IMG/VR virus record: IMGVR_UViG_3300018432_000017
Span: 1 to 52,149 of that record
Strand: one strand, 5' to 3'
DNA from: a virus
Taxonomy: Duplodnaviria > Caudoviricetes
Length of the DNA: 52,149 bases
Shown: in pieces, positions 18,490 through 27,785 of the stretch
How positions within the stretch are numbered: position 1 is the first letter of the stretch
Layout of the letters: every line of letters starts with the position of its first letter
Program-made: the position numbers and the translations under genes
Notes under the pieces: model-generated
Databases searched by the model: none
Seen by the model: the letters and a program-made list of their open reading frames with translations, nothing else
What the model was told of the DNA's origin: nothing

Positions 18490-18744
18490 TTATCCTCGTT
18501 GTGAGAGGTCTCCCGATGCCCGCAGAGGCCCCGTCTCGTCTCCCTCTGGCACCTCTTCGGCGGACCCATTCTCGTCACGCAGCAACTCCTCGATAGTGCT
18601 TCGGTAGAAGCGTCGGTGCCCGCCCGGCGTACGGAGGCATCTCATCTTTCCCGCAAGGGCCCAACGAGTCACGGTCTTCGGGTCGACCCGGAACATTCTA
18701 GCGACCTCGCCGGGAGTCAGCAGCGGATCATCATTCGTTACCAC
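18490..18744 (-). CDS. bldC: BldC-family MerR-like DNA-binding protein
   Basis: LLTPGEVARMFRVDPKTVTRWA.AGK...RT.GGHRR is nearly the Streptomyces BldC core. Confidence 0.85.
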   Translation of the reverse strand: MVTNDDPLLTPGEVARMFRVDPKTVTRWALAGKMRCLRTPGGHRRFYRSTIEELLRDENGSAEEVPEGDETGPLRASGDLSQRG

Positions 18745-19256
18745 ACTTCCCCCAACTCTATGCTCCGATAGAAGAGGTCTCCGGGAGTCACGTCCTGCGG
18801 TAGGCGCCCGTCATCAAACAGGTGGTACCCCGCGTAGTTGCACAGTGCGAAGTCGACCAACTGTGAGCAGATCATGTGCCCGCTATCGCTGATGTACTTC
18901 CGCAGCATCGGCGTAGGCACCCCGAGATGTACCGCCGACAACGAGAGGTAGTCCAGGAAGGAGTACGGCGTGCCCTGGAGGTCTCGGGCTCCCTCGACAA
19001 GATGCGAGATCTGCCACGGGTCCAAAGGCAAGCGAGCATAGGCAAAGCCCGTACCGAGACGACCGTTGAGCGGTCGGATCCTTGCCCCTCCGGGCATCGC
19101 CTCGATAACCTCATCGTTGTCCAGCACTAGGTAGGCGTGCTCATAGCGGCAAGCGTCGTCCAGAATCGCCATACCGTACCGAGCGACCTTCCCGCCCGCG
19201 CCCTTGATCTTGCAGAAGCCGATGTCCCCAGCCTCTGGTCGGGTATGCTCGCTCAC
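18738..19256 (-). CDS. permuted papain-like (YiiX/YebB NlpC/P60) amidase
   Basis: GD..F, H.Y, IEA, G.PYS, ICSQLV, VTPGDL; His precedes Cys; start moved to GTG 19256. Confidence 0.8.
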   Translation of the reverse strand: MSEHTRPEAGDIGFCKIKGAGGKVARYGMAILDDACRYEHAYLVLDNDEVIEAMPGGARIRPLNGRLGTGFAYARLPLDPWQISHLVEGARDLQGTPYSFLDYLSLSAVHLGVPTPMLRKYISDSGHMICSQLVDFALCNYAGYHLFDDGRLPQDVTPGDLFYRSIELGEVW

Positions 19257-19510
19257 TTGCTCTCCTCGCACCAGCAGGGCTTGACTAGACAACACTTCTC
19301 GCACAGGACGTAGCGCTCTCGGCGGATCAGGTTCCCGTCTCCGTCGCGGATCTCCTCGACGGACACTCCTAGCTCATCGTCGCCTTCCTCGCAGCATTCA
19401 TATCCGCCCTGGCCATCAGCGCGGATTGCTGCGGGCGGATCAAACTGAATGTCGCACCGGGAGCACGTGCCTTCGTACCGGGCATTGAACCAATTCCCCG
19501 GCTCAGCCAT
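19253..19510 (-). CDS. Cys-rich hypothetical protein
   Basis: ARYEGTCSRC and CEKC..PCWC motifs; start ATG 19510. Confidence 0.55.
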   Translation of the reverse strand: MAEPGNWFNARYEGTCSRCDIQFDPPAAIRADGQGGYECCEEGDDELGVSVEEIRDGDGNLIRRERYVLCEKCCLVKPCWCEESK

Positions 19511-20003
19511 TGCTTGCTCGGATATAGGCTCTCGACGCGGTAGCGGAAGGTATGCCCCAAGTCGGGTAGATAGTCGTGTCGCATCGAATGCCGTCTCCAT
19601 ATACATGACAGCATTTCGCGCTGCCCTCGCTATACGGGACCCAACGATGTTCATGCGCTTCAACAATTAGCTCCGTTCCGTCTTCCCGCCCTAGGACCGA
19701 GAGGTTCGGTCGCGCGTCTCCCCAAAACCCGTACGCCGCTTCGGCCGGAGCCTTCAGGTGTCCCAGCTCCCAGCGCGCGGTCTCAATGCTCTCATCGTTT
19801 GGATCGACATAGACCCGTGCGAGCGCTTCGGCCTCCTCCTCCTTGACCCGCCCCTCGACGTACAGCAGCGCTCCCGCAAACAGCGCGAAGAGTATGACTA
19901 CAAGCCATTCCCCAGCGAGAAGCCCCAAGATAGCGACCGACGCAGCAACAATAGCTCCGACCCGGATGCCCTTGGGGCTTCGTGCCCATTCCAGTAGTTC
20001 CAT
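19503..20003 (-). CDS. membrane protein
   Basis: two N-terminal TM helices; AAGGGAGA RBS. Confidence 0.6.
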   Translation of the reverse strand: MELLEWARSPKGIRVGAIVAASVAILGLLAGEWLVVILFALFAGALLYVEGRVKEEEAEALARVYVDPNDESIETARWELGHLKAPAEAAYGFWGDARPNLSVLGREDGTELIVEAHEHRWVPYSEGSAKCCHVYGDGIRCDTTIYPTWGIPSATASRAYIRASNG

Positions 20004-20056
20004 GCTGTTTCTCCCTTCCGCCTCCTTTCAATCCTCGCGTCCGATTCGAGTTGCCG

Positions 20057-20443
20057 CTAGTCGAGCTTCAGATCCGTGACCTTCTCCTCAACAGCGTCAA
20101 GAGCCCTATTGGCGTAGTCCAGCACCCACTGCGGGATCTGGGCCTCCGGAGTCATCAGCATCCCCCGGACGTAGTACGTGTTGTGAAGTTGTTGGCTCCC
20201 AGGCTTTCCGCTTGTGAGCACCCGCATCCCCCGAAGGTCCGCGACAAGGTCCGTCACCTCCGCCGGATAACCCGGATACTTGCTGACCTTGACGGTGATC
20301 CTCAAGCTGTCCGGGAGTAGCTGAATCGGGTTGTCGGTCAGCCGGTAACGGAGCTTCGGGATGGGGGTGAAGTGTTGTGGCTCAACGGCGTACTCCAGCT
20401 CAACGGTGATCCGGTGACCCCGGAACTCGATGTGCCCGCTCAT
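20057..20443 (-). CDS. hypothetical protein
   Basis: 128 aa, coupled ATGA start. Confidence 0.6.
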   Translation of the reverse strand: MSGHIEFRGHRITVELEYAVEPQHFTPIPKLRYRLTDNPIQLLPDSLRITVKVSKYPGYPAEVTDLVADLRGMRVLTSGKPGSQQLHNTYYVRGMLMTPEAQIPQWVLDYANRALDAVEEKVTDLKLD

Positions 20444-20679
20444 AGTGGATTCCTCGTGATCGGTACGTCGGTCGGCCAGCCGTCCGGAGCGGTCTTCGCG
20501 AAGCCAGCGAGCCGCTTCAGATTCTGCTCGATCTGGTCCCGTACCTTGTTGAGCTTCAGGTGATCCTCCGCAACCCGCCAGATGAACTTGTCCGCCCAGT
20601 CGTCCGCGTCCGCCAACTCCTCGCCGTAGACGTCACGAGCGAAGTTGCGTATGAGGTCCAGGTCGTCGCACTTCCTCAT
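20440..20679 (-). CDS. hypothetical protein
   Basis: start ATG 20679 (MRKCDDLDL), overlapping the upstream stop. Confidence 0.6.
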   Translation of the reverse strand: MRKCDDLDLIRNFARDVYGEELADADDWADKFIWRVAEDHLKLNKVRDQIEQNLKRLAGFAKTAPDGWPTDVPITRNPL

Positions 20680-21293
20680 TCCGGTTGCCCCTCTGGGAGT
20701 CCGTAGAAGGCCGTGCCCGTCTGCTGCTTCTCGGAGACCTCCGCGACCTCGGTCGGCCAGCCGGCTAGCTCCTGAATGCCGATAGTCGGGCCGTGAGCGC
20801 ACCGGAAGGACATCGAATGCTGGTTCTGCACCTTGCAGATCTCGCCGCAGTCGGAGAACTCCTCTGGGTCGTACGCCGCGTCAGCGTCGGAAACGTGCCC
20901 CGTTTCGCCGGAGAGGGTGCGGACGGTATTCCCGGCAGTCCGGGACAGGCTAAGCCCTTCCGCAGCCGTAGCGGGCTTCTCGGGCAGTCCTTCCCGCAGC
21001 AGCTGATCGAAGATCCGCAGCAGATGGATCCGGCGGTTGCGCGGTAGCTCACCCCAGACGACCGGAGCGGCGAGGTTCGACCGGGCGCCGTGCTGAACGG
21101 CGAACTCCTCATAGAGGTCGTGAAAGCGCTGGGCCCACTTCTCCGCCGGATCGATGGTCCTCCCGGAAACCCTTGCCTCGGGCTCGGTCGGAACGAGGGA
21201 GGCGAGATGGATTGCTGCTTCCGCAACCGCCGTCGCTCCCCAGGCGACCCCCAGAGTCCGTAGCGCGGTCTCCAAGCGCGGGTCATTCCGCAT
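20676..21293 (-). CDS. hypothetical protein
   Basis: start ATG 21293 after GAGGAGG; WAQRFHDLYEE..A...W.ELP segment. Confidence 0.6.
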   Translation of the reverse strand: MRNDPRLETALRTLGVAWGATAVAEAAIHLASLVPTEPEARVSGRTIDPAEKWAQRFHDLYEEFAVQHGARSNLAAPVVWGELPRNRRIHLLRIFDQLLREGLPEKPATAAEGLSLSRTAGNTVRTLSGETGHVSDADAAYDPEEFSDCGEICKVQNQHSMSFRCAHGPTIGIQELAGWPTEVAEVSEKQQTGTAFYGLPEGQPE

Positions 21294-21705
21294 TCTTGGC
21301 CTCCTCATCGGTCTCGTCCCGCACGACCCAGGTGTGCTCGTCAAAGGTCTCCCCGGCCACCAGAGGATTCTCGCCGGTGTCGGTGTTGCCCATCCGGCCG
21401 TAGAAGTGAGAGAGCTGAGCAGCGAGCATCTGGTTGTCCATCTTGACGGCCTGAAGCTCCGCCTGCTGCTCGCCGTACCGGATCGACAGATCCTCCAGCT
21501 GCGCTCGGACCGAAGCGCGGGCAAGCCCCAGCTCCTCCCGAATCTTGTTCATGAGGGCTTCACCGATGGCCTTGGCGCGGGTGCTCTCGAAGACTCCCGC
21601 CCCGGAAAGGTTCTCCCAACACGTCGAAGCGGCGCCCAGGGACGTGAACACGGCCTCCTCAAGACTCTCCTCGGGAGGCAGCTGAAAAACATTGGGGTTA
21701 GTCAT
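21283..21705 (-). CDS. hypothetical protein
   Basis: LGAASTCWENLSGAGVFES motif plus coiled coil. Confidence 0.65.
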   Translation of the reverse strand: MTNPNVFQLPPEESLEEAVFTSLGAASTCWENLSGAGVFESTRAKAIGEALMNKIREELGLARASVRAQLEDLSIRYGEQQAELQAVKMDNQMLAAQLSHFYGRMGNTDTGENPLVAGETFDEHTWVVRDETDEEAKNAE

Positions 21706-21953
21706 ACGTCGGATCCTTCCGTCTCGGCTTCGTTGCCGCTAGCAGACCGCTCTCGGAGGATTGCGGCCGATACGTGGTTGGCTATCGCTGCCCGAGCGAC
21801 CCGCTCCCAGCGCTCCTGCATTTCGTCGTTGAGGTCAGACCACTGCGGGGCGAAGGCGGTAGCGAGCCCTCCGGTATTCACCCACATTGAGTACGCGGCC
21901 TGCCCCGGCGTCAATCCGCCGGTTGACCGTCCGGACTCTTGAACATCTCCCAT
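21702..21953 (-). CDS. hypothetical protein
   Basis: TPGQAAY..W.DL....Q..WE..A.A pattern. Confidence 0.6.
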   Translation of the reverse strand: MGDVQESGRSTGGLTPGQAAYSMWVNTGGLATAFAPQWSDLNDEMQERWERVARAAIANHVSAAILRERSASGNEAETEGSDV

Positions 21954-22138
21954 AGGAATTGCCTCGCCATATCCTCGTGTGTCCGCTTGTCATTCTCCGA
22001 CTCCGGCGCGATGACGCCTTGCTCATCGAGCCATTCCCCGTACATGATTAGCAATGCCTCGGTAGTCAAGAGTGCCACCCGTCCCTCAGTATCGAGCGCG
22101 ATGCTCGCATAGTCCGGGATGACGTTACGGGACTCCAT
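21911..22138 (-). CDS. hypothetical protein
   Basis: 75 aa, coupled start. Confidence 0.55.
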   Translation of the reverse strand: MESRNVIPDYASIALDTEGRVALLTTEALLIMYGEWLDEQGVIAPESENDKRTHEDMARQFLWEMFKSPDGQPAD

Positions 22139-22395
22139 CAGAAGGCGCCATAGGGACGTGCTTGTTTGAGTGCAGCGATCGAGCGTGCTACAGGGTCGGC
22201 CGGCGGAGGCGGTACATCGGCCTTGTTCAGTGCCGACCCGAAGAACAACCGAAGCTGTGTAATGACCGCCCCTTGGTATTCCTCCTCATCCTCCGGGTCC
22301 GGCTTGGTCTCCCGCATGAACTCGCGCGCCTCTTCATCGGTTACCTGGGACGTGAAGATGAAGAGGGTCTGGGTAACCGAATCATCAATCTTCAC
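22138..22395 (-). CDS. hypothetical protein
   Basis: 85 aa, GGAGG RBS. Confidence 0.6.
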   Translation of the reverse strand: MKIDDSVTQTLFIFTSQVTDEEAREFMRETKPDPEDEEEYQGAVITQLRLFFGSALNKADVPPPPADPVARSIAALKQARPYGAF

Positions 22396-22718
22396 AATGC
22401 CGCCTCCGACCGGTCGCTGATCTCGTCATAGATGAGGTTGGCCCCCACGGCCATCGCGCCGGAAGCGTCGAGCAGCTGTTGCGGCTTTGCCTTCTCCAGC
22501 ATCTCCTTTACCCGCTCCTCATCCTGGCTCGCCATAGCGAGGAACAGCATATGGATCCACTCGTCGTTCGTGGGGAGGTTGATAACCGCTCGAAGGTCGG
22601 CCGCAATCTCCGCCCCGGACCAACTCTCGGATCCGTCCTCATAGTCCTGTGCCAGCTCCAGGACCCGCGCAATCTTCTTGTCGAGGGCCTGAGGCTTCCG
22701 GCGAAAGCGAGTAAGCAT
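22392..22718 (-). CDS. hypothetical protein
   Basis: 108 aa helical, coupled start. Confidence 0.6.
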   Translation of the reverse strand: MLTRFRRKPQALDKKIARVLELAQDYEDGSESWSGAEIAADLRAVINLPTNDEWIHMLFLAMASQDEERVKEMLEKAKPQQLLDASGAMAVGANLIYDEISDRSEAAL

Positions 22719-23113
22719 CAGGCCGCCTTCAGGAAGTAGGAGATGCGGAAGCCGAGCGCGCGCTCCAGGGTCGCCGTGGACACGAGTTCATCGTCCGTCA
22801 GATCGAGCGTCTTCCGTAGCACCAGCAACTCAGCCGGCACCGGGTCCTTTGCCTCAGGCCGGCTCCTCTGGAAGCCGTACTGCCCCCGCACCGTAGATGG
22901 AATGTCCTCGTACATGATCGCCTGCCCGTTCTGCAAGCGCTCGCCTAGGGCGTGATAGAGCTTTGTCCAACCCGCCTCCGTCTCCTCGCGGTAGGTCTCC
23001 TGCTCTTGCTCCCACTTCTCCAGCTTCGCAAGATATTGGTTGTTGTACGCGACCTTGCGCGCCTCAATCTCCTCATCTACGAACTTGATTAGGTCGGCTC
23101 TTCTGAGCTTCAT
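22718..23113 (-). CDS. hypothetical protein
   Basis: start ATG 23113 after AAGGAGAGG. Confidence 0.6.
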   Translation of the reverse strand: MKLRRADLIKFVDEEIEARKVAYNNQYLAKLEKWEQEQETYREETEAGWTKLYHALGERLQNGQAIMYEDIPSTVRGQYGFQRSRPEAKDPVPAELLVLRKTLDLTDDELVSTATLERALGFRISYFLKAA

Positions 23114-23435
23114 GTCGCCTCTCCTTGTGAGGGTCCTCAAAGAGCGGATATCCGCCCCAGACCCATTGCCCATCCGGATACCGGCTCGCCGCAATGCGGT
23201 AGCGGTAGCCCCAATGCCGGTTCTCCCACTGCCAATTCATGTGAGCAACCGCTGCCTTGAAGCTACCGGCGAGCGGAGTTGCGGGTAAGTCCTCCTCCGA
23301 GCCGACTTCTCCGCTCATGCCGCCCGCCCTACGAGGCGGAGGCGCCAGGTACCCCGGAAGCACCACCCCCGACACGCTCGGAGCCGTAGTCGCCCCGTCC
23401 CTCGCCTCTCTGGCCGCCCAGTAGTGCTTAGTCAC
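23073..23435 (-). CDS. hypothetical protein (start uncertain; alternative ATG 23318)
   Basis: Trp-rich C-terminal half; fills the gap in the gene run. Confidence 0.45.
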   Translation of the reverse strand: MTKHYWAAREARDGATTAPSVSGVVLPGYLAPPPRRAGGMSGEVGSEEDLPATPLAGSFKAAVAHMNWQWENRHWGYRYRIAASRYPDGQWVWGGYPLFEDPHKERRHEAQKSRPNQVRR

Positions 23436-23701
23436 GTCGTGCCCCGAGCAGTTGAAGCGTCCCTCCAGACCCGAGGCGCACGCCGGCTCTCCGGATCGAG
23501 CCCAACCGTCAACGGGTCCGACTCCGGGTCAGCCGGGTTGGTCGCATACACCTCGGTCAACTGCAGCCCTTGCTCGCCTTGGTCGAAAATGCGCTCCTTC
23601 CGGTTCGATTCATCAATGAGTCCACCACCGCCGGAGTACTCTCCATGCCCGTCCGGAACCTTTGAATAGCCCATAACAGACAACATCCCTTCAGTGCGCA
23701 C
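23432..23701 (-). CDS. hypothetical protein
   Basis: fills gap; start uncertain. Confidence 0.4.
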   Translation of the reverse strand: MRTEGMLSVMGYSKVPDGHGEYSGGGGLIDESNRKERIFDQGEQGLQLTEVYATNPADPESDPLTVGLDPESRRAPRVWRDASTARGTT

Positions 23702-23724
23702 AAACCGTACGGTCGTACGGCTAG

Positions 23725-23973
23725 TTACTTGCTATCGCCCTTCGAGCTTATCGCCTCCGCGATGGCATTCATCGCCTCCGCTACGGACTCCAGAGAGCCG
23801 GCAATGGAAGCCGATCCCTCTCGGACAGCTGTCGCCAAATCATCGTCTCCAGCAGCGAGCTTCATCGCCAGATACTCAAGACCTCCCGGTGCATCGGCAC
23901 CGCCGTGCGCAATCGATCGGATTGCTCGAATCAGATTGTCAAACTCATCAGAAGTAAACGCCTTAGTCATCAT
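23725..23973 (-). CDS. hypothetical protein
   Basis: 82 aa Ala-rich helical; GAAAGGGA RBS. Confidence 0.65.
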   Translation of the reverse strand: MMTKAFTSDEFDNLIRAIRSIAHGGADAPGGLEYLAMKLAAGDDDLATAVREGSASIAGSLESVAEAMNAIAEAISSKGDSK

Positions 23974-23989
23974 AGATCCCTTTCTATCA

Positions 23990-24262
23990 GGAAGATCGCC
24001 TTACCTTATGTGTTCGGCCGGTGTCACGGGTGCGCGCGCTCGCCCGCGCGAGGAGCGTATAGCAAAAGCGCGCTACCAGGTAAAACATCCAGCATAGAGC
24101 CGAAAAATAATAGAAGTAATAAATATTAAGGTAATAGGGTAAGGATTCTTAATGATACTACTCTCTACCACTTCAAACACTCCTTACCCTATCGAGATCT
24201 GGAGGGTTACTTTGGGTAAGTAAGGTAAGGCGCCTCGAATCGCCTTACCTTACGAAGGTAAT
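23990..24262. other. putative replication origin
   Basis: non-coding, AT-rich core 24102-24160, many CCTTAC/GTAAGG-type iterons in both orientations, perfect 13-bp IR 24220-24253; directly after the primase-helicase gene. Confidence 0.65.
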
Positions 24263-24277
24263 GTGCAAATCAGGACA

Positions 24278-26812
24278 TTACGGGACGAAAGTTTTGGCCT
24301 CCGAGGACAGTCCTATGCCCCTCCTCCCCTTGACCGTTTTGCCGTCGACCCACTTGGCTTTCTCCTCGAAGCCGAGTCCGGAGAGGAAGCGTCCGAGCTT
24401 CCGTGAGCCGAACCGGTCATCAACCTTCACCCCCTGGAACCGACACCACCCCTCAAAGGCAGCGCGCAGATCCGCCGAAGGAGTCCACTCCCCGGCATCG
24501 ATAACGCACCAGTCGCTAACAAACTGATCGAAGTCGGAGGCCCCCGCCCGGAAGCGAGAGAGCGCGGAGAAGGCGCCGGGAGGCGGTAGAAGCTCCTTGC
24601 CTCCCCTACCCTGCGCGTACGCCTCCCAGCCCGCGAGAGCCCACGCTAGGACCCCGGAAAGCACATCCGGATCCGACCGCATGAACGTTAGGAAGTCCGG
24701 GTCAATCACTCCAATCGGTACGTCCCACGGCACAACCCGGATCCGGCGCCAGAAAGCAGAGTCGGCCTGCTCGATCGTCGGGACCGCATTGGTCACGAGC
24801 CACGGCGTGAACTGCGGGTGGTAATCCGGATAGTCGTCCGCAGCCATACGTCGCACCGTAAGCGTCCCGCCTCCGGTCAGCCGCTTAGCCTGATCGGCGT
24901 GGAGGTGCCAGGAGGAGGACGCTTCCTCCGCGTACACAAACCGCTTCGGGATCACCTTCAGCAAGTCCGGGCGGGCCTGGTCATTCTGATTGTCGCGGAA
25001 GATGGTTAGGTTGGTAGCTCCCGCGTAGTCCCCGAGCGCAGCGCCCAGGATCTCCATGAATGTCGTCTTGCCGGTAGAGGTCGGCCCGAAGCAGACCGCA
25101 AACAACCGGGCAGAGTTTCCGCCCCGGAGTGAGTACCCGATCAGCATCTGTAGCCATAGCCGTACCTCGGGATCCGGCTGTGCCGACTCGATGAACGACT
25201 CCCATTCCGGAGAAGAGGCCCCCGGTACATAGAGGCCACCAGTCGACAGCGTTAGGTACTGCTCGGGGATCGAGGGCTTGACCGCTACCCCCGAAGGCGA
25301 CAGCTCAATCACCGACCGACCGGACCGCAGCAGCTCCGAACGGGAATCAAACCATGTCGGCTCGACGGTTATCCCTGACCCGGCCTGCGCGGAGGATATG
25401 GCCGCATCCGTGTTGCCCTTCTTGAGGGTGGATTTGATGAAGGCTAGAAACTCCTTCTTCTGCTTCTCATCCTCGATGAACTCGGCTTCCCGCTTCATAT
25501 CAGCCGTAACTGCCCAGAAGCGGCGCCGGATCTCCCCGGCAGCGGAGGTGTCCCGGACCCAACCGTATTTGTTGGAGTCCCAGTACATCCACCGACCCTT
25601 TGAGCCGTAGTCTACATACTTGACGACTCCCATATTTGCCCGGAGGAGTCGCATTGCGTTGCCGTAATCATCCCGCGAGAAGTCAAAATGTCCCGAGCCA
25701 CTTGATCCATTACCATCGGTCGCAATCCACGATTCTTGTTCCCCCGCACCCTCCAGTCCCCCGCTATGTTGTCCTTTCGAATCGCCTCCCGCATCATCTC
25801 CGTTGCCTCCGGAGTGAGCGAATAGAGCACAGAGGTCTTCATCTTTCGGCTTCCCTTCCGCTACAACCTTCGCAACCCCGCGAAGGACGATCCTTTGCCA
25901 TTCGCCGGAGGCCTGCCGCTCATCCGAGCGTCGAGCTACCGCGACCATGAACGGCTTCCGTAGCTCCGCAAGAGCTTTCACGACCCCGGTATGCCCTGCC
26001 TGCGCATCTCCGATCAGCGCCCAGGCGCCATCGCGCCCAGAGTCGTGCGAACCTCCGTCATCTCCCGCGAGCCGTACCGCCTGAGACCATTTGGTCAGAG
26101 TCGACCGCATAGCCGAACACATATCCGGTCCGCCACGGGCCTTAAGCCACCGGAGCCCAGCCTTTGGAGTTATGTCCGCAGACTCGTGTCCTACCCACTC
26201 CCGCCCCGAGGTGAGCCCTTCAACCCATGCCGGCGCGAGCGCGGGAAGCTCCGCCACTCCAGGGAACTCCTCGACAGGCCCAGAAGCGTCGTCAGTCCGC
26301 CACCACTTGTACTCCTCTCCGGTGTCCGGGTGGACGGAGGGTGAGACAATTGCATACCGGTGATCCCACCGGATTAGCTCGATCCCTCCGCCGAACCGAG
26401 AGCGAAGGTCTCCGGGCCACGCTAGGCCCTCCGGTACCGTGAATAGGCGGATGCCGGAGCCGTCCGTCCGGGCGGAGCTGTACCAGGTGTCCGGCAGCTT
26501 CCCCCAGGCTTCCTCCGCAGCGCGAAGCGTCTCCCGCCCCGCCTTCGTCCCGTACATGTCGATATCGAGACCAAGGACGTTGCGCGGCATTCGAAGCGCG
26601 ATGTTGCCGCTAGCCGAAGCCCAGACCATATTGCCAGCGTTTGCCCTGCCCTTCGCGCTCAACAGCCGCTTGAGCGTCAACTCATCAACATATGCGCCAT
26701 TTGCTCCCGTGAAACCGTCCGGGGGCGGATCCTTCTCCCGAGACGGCAGAGGGATAGGACTCCAACCCTCCGCGTGGTAAGCGCGGGCAGCGGCGCTGTA
26801 TGGGCCCGTCAC
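24278..26812 (-). CDS. bifunctional primase-polymerase / SF3 (P4/D5-like) helicase
   Basis: GWSPIPL and LGLDID prim-pol motifs; D.GNA.R D5_N; Walker A GPTSTGKTT; KRLTGG; FWRRI. Confidence 0.92.
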   Translation of the reverse strand: MTGPYSAAARAYHAEGWSPIPLPSREKDPPPDGFTGANGAYVDELTLKRLLSAKGRANAGNMVWASASGNIALRMPRNVLGLDIDMYGTKAGRETLRAAEEAWGKLPDTWYSSARTDGSGIRLFTVPEGLAWPGDLRSRFGGGIELIRWDHRYAIVSPSVHPDTGEEYKWWRTDDASGPVEEFPGVAELPALAPAWVEGLTSGREWVGHESADITPKAGLRWLKARGGPDMCSAMRSTLTKWSQAVRLAGDDGGSHDSGRDGAWALIGDAQAGHTGVVKALAELRKPFMVAVARRSDERQASGEWQRIVLRGVAKVVAEGKPKDEDLCALFAHSGGNGDDAGGDSKGQHSGGLEGAGEQESWIATDGNGSSGSGHFDFSRDDYGNAMRLLRANMGVVKYVDYGSKGRWMYWDSNKYGWVRDTSAAGEIRRRFWAVTADMKREAEFIEDEKQKKEFLAFIKSTLKKGNTDAAISSAQAGSGITVEPTWFDSRSELLRSGRSVIELSPSGVAVKPSIPEQYLTLSTGGLYVPGASSPEWESFIESAQPDPEVRLWLQMLIGYSLRGGNSARLFAVCFGPTSTGKTTFMEILGAALGDYAGATNLTIFRDNQNDQARPDLLKVIPKRFVYAEEASSSWHLHADQAKRLTGGGTLTVRRMAADDYPDYHPQFTPWLVTNAVPTIEQADSAFWRRIRVVPWDVPIGVIDPDFLTFMRSDPDVLSGVLAWALAGWEAYAQGRGGKELLPPPGAFSALSRFRAGASDFDQFVSDWCVIDAGEWTPSADLRAAFEGWCRFQGVKVDDRFGSRKLGRFLSGLGFEEKAKWVDGKTVKGRRGIGLSSEAKTFVP

Positions 26813-26988
26813 TTCCGCCCACGGCGACGGAAGTAGGACTCCACGATCATTTCCCGGACTACGACGGCAATCTCAACCTCTTGGAGCTCCGCCTGCGCTT
26901 CTATGTAGTGCGCAACCTCATCGGGCACAGCACTTTGCACTTTAGGCCCAATTCTGGGCCTGCCAATGCCAACCGTATCCACACCCAT
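26809..26988 (-). CDS. ribbon-helix-helix DNA-binding protein
   Basis: GRPRIGPKVQ strand plus two helices; AAAAGGAG RBS before ATG 26988. Confidence 0.6.
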   Translation of the reverse strand: MGVDTVGIGRPRIGPKVQSAVPDEVAHYIEAQAELQEVEIAVVVREMIVESYFRRRGRK

Positions 26989-27022
26989 TGTGTCGCTCCT
27001 TTTTCCGATCGAGGCTAGAACT

Positions 27023-27322
27023 CTACTCCCTAAGATCGAAAATGTGGCGCGGATCGTCTGCCCATCCGAAGCAATTAACACACTGCGTAGCGATGTTGCG
27101 GTCAGGGTCATACCTATGCCGGAACCATGAGGCTTCCGCAGCCCGGTCGGAGTCGAGCCGGCGCTTGTTCTCCTCCTCCTCGCTAGTCGGTCTCGGACCT
27201 GGTGTTAGCGAGGTGAGCCTCTTTGTGCCGCCGTAGATATGTGATTGCATGGGATAGGGCATTGCGGGCGTGCTCCTTTCCTGACAAAGGATTCCAGAAG
27301 CCCCAACGCCGAAGCCTGTCAT
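27023..27322 (-). CDS. possible small Cys/His protein (start uncertain)
   Basis: H.Y......C..C......H at the C-terminus; heavy overlap with the resolvase gene. Confidence 0.3.
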   Translation of the reverse strand: MTGFGVGASGILCQERSTPAMPYPMQSHIYGGTKRLTSLTPGPRPTSEEEENKRRLDSDRAAEASWFRHRYDPDRNIATQCVNCFGWADDPRHIFDLRE

Positions 27323-27785
27323 CGGTTACAGACTTGAGACCGAGCGATGAGCTCTGGGGCGGGACTAGCTGACCCTTCCGCCCGGCGAGGAACATGCGAT
27401 CCTCGAAGCGGGCGGAGAGACGGACCGGAGCCAGTAGCTCCCGCCCCATCGAGAACTTGCGGAGGATGAAATCCTCATACCCTACAAGGGTGTCATCGTC
27501 CCAGGCTTCTACAAGTGACATCATCGAGCCGGCCTGCAGCTCCTCGGGGCCTTCGAATTGCCCAGCGGACCAGCCGGCGAGGTTGTCCAGGATCTTCAGG
27601 TCCGGCTCTTCCATCGCCTCCTTCCAGATGCTCATTACGGCCCAGCCAGTCTCGCCTCCGGGGTCGAACCAGATCGTGGTGACTACCGGCTCTGTCTCGG
27701 GTAGTGAGAAAGCCTCCGGGGAGATGGGAGAGAGCTTCCGGGACTTGACCTTGACAGGTTCAGCAAAGTCGAGTTCCGCGTCCAC
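27183..27785 (-). CDS. RuvC-like Holliday junction resolvase
   Basis: WFDPGGETGWAV, GYEDF and HARNALSHA motifs of actinophage RuvC-like proteins. Confidence 0.75.
   Translation of the reverse strand: MDAELDFAEPVKVKSRKLSPISPEAFSLPETEPVVTTIWFDPGGETGWAVMSIWKEAMEEPDLKILDNLAGWSAGQFEGPEELQAGSMMSLVEAWDDDTLVGYEDFILRKFSMGRELLAPVRLSARFEDRMFLAGRKGQLVPPQSSSLGLKSVTDDRLRRWGFWNPLSGKEHARNALSHAITYLRRHKEAHLANTRSETD

Noticed and set aside
27000-27042. Weak GATC-centred half-matches upstream of the RHH gene
   Set aside because: Only one half-site matches in each; GATC is too common here to call them operators
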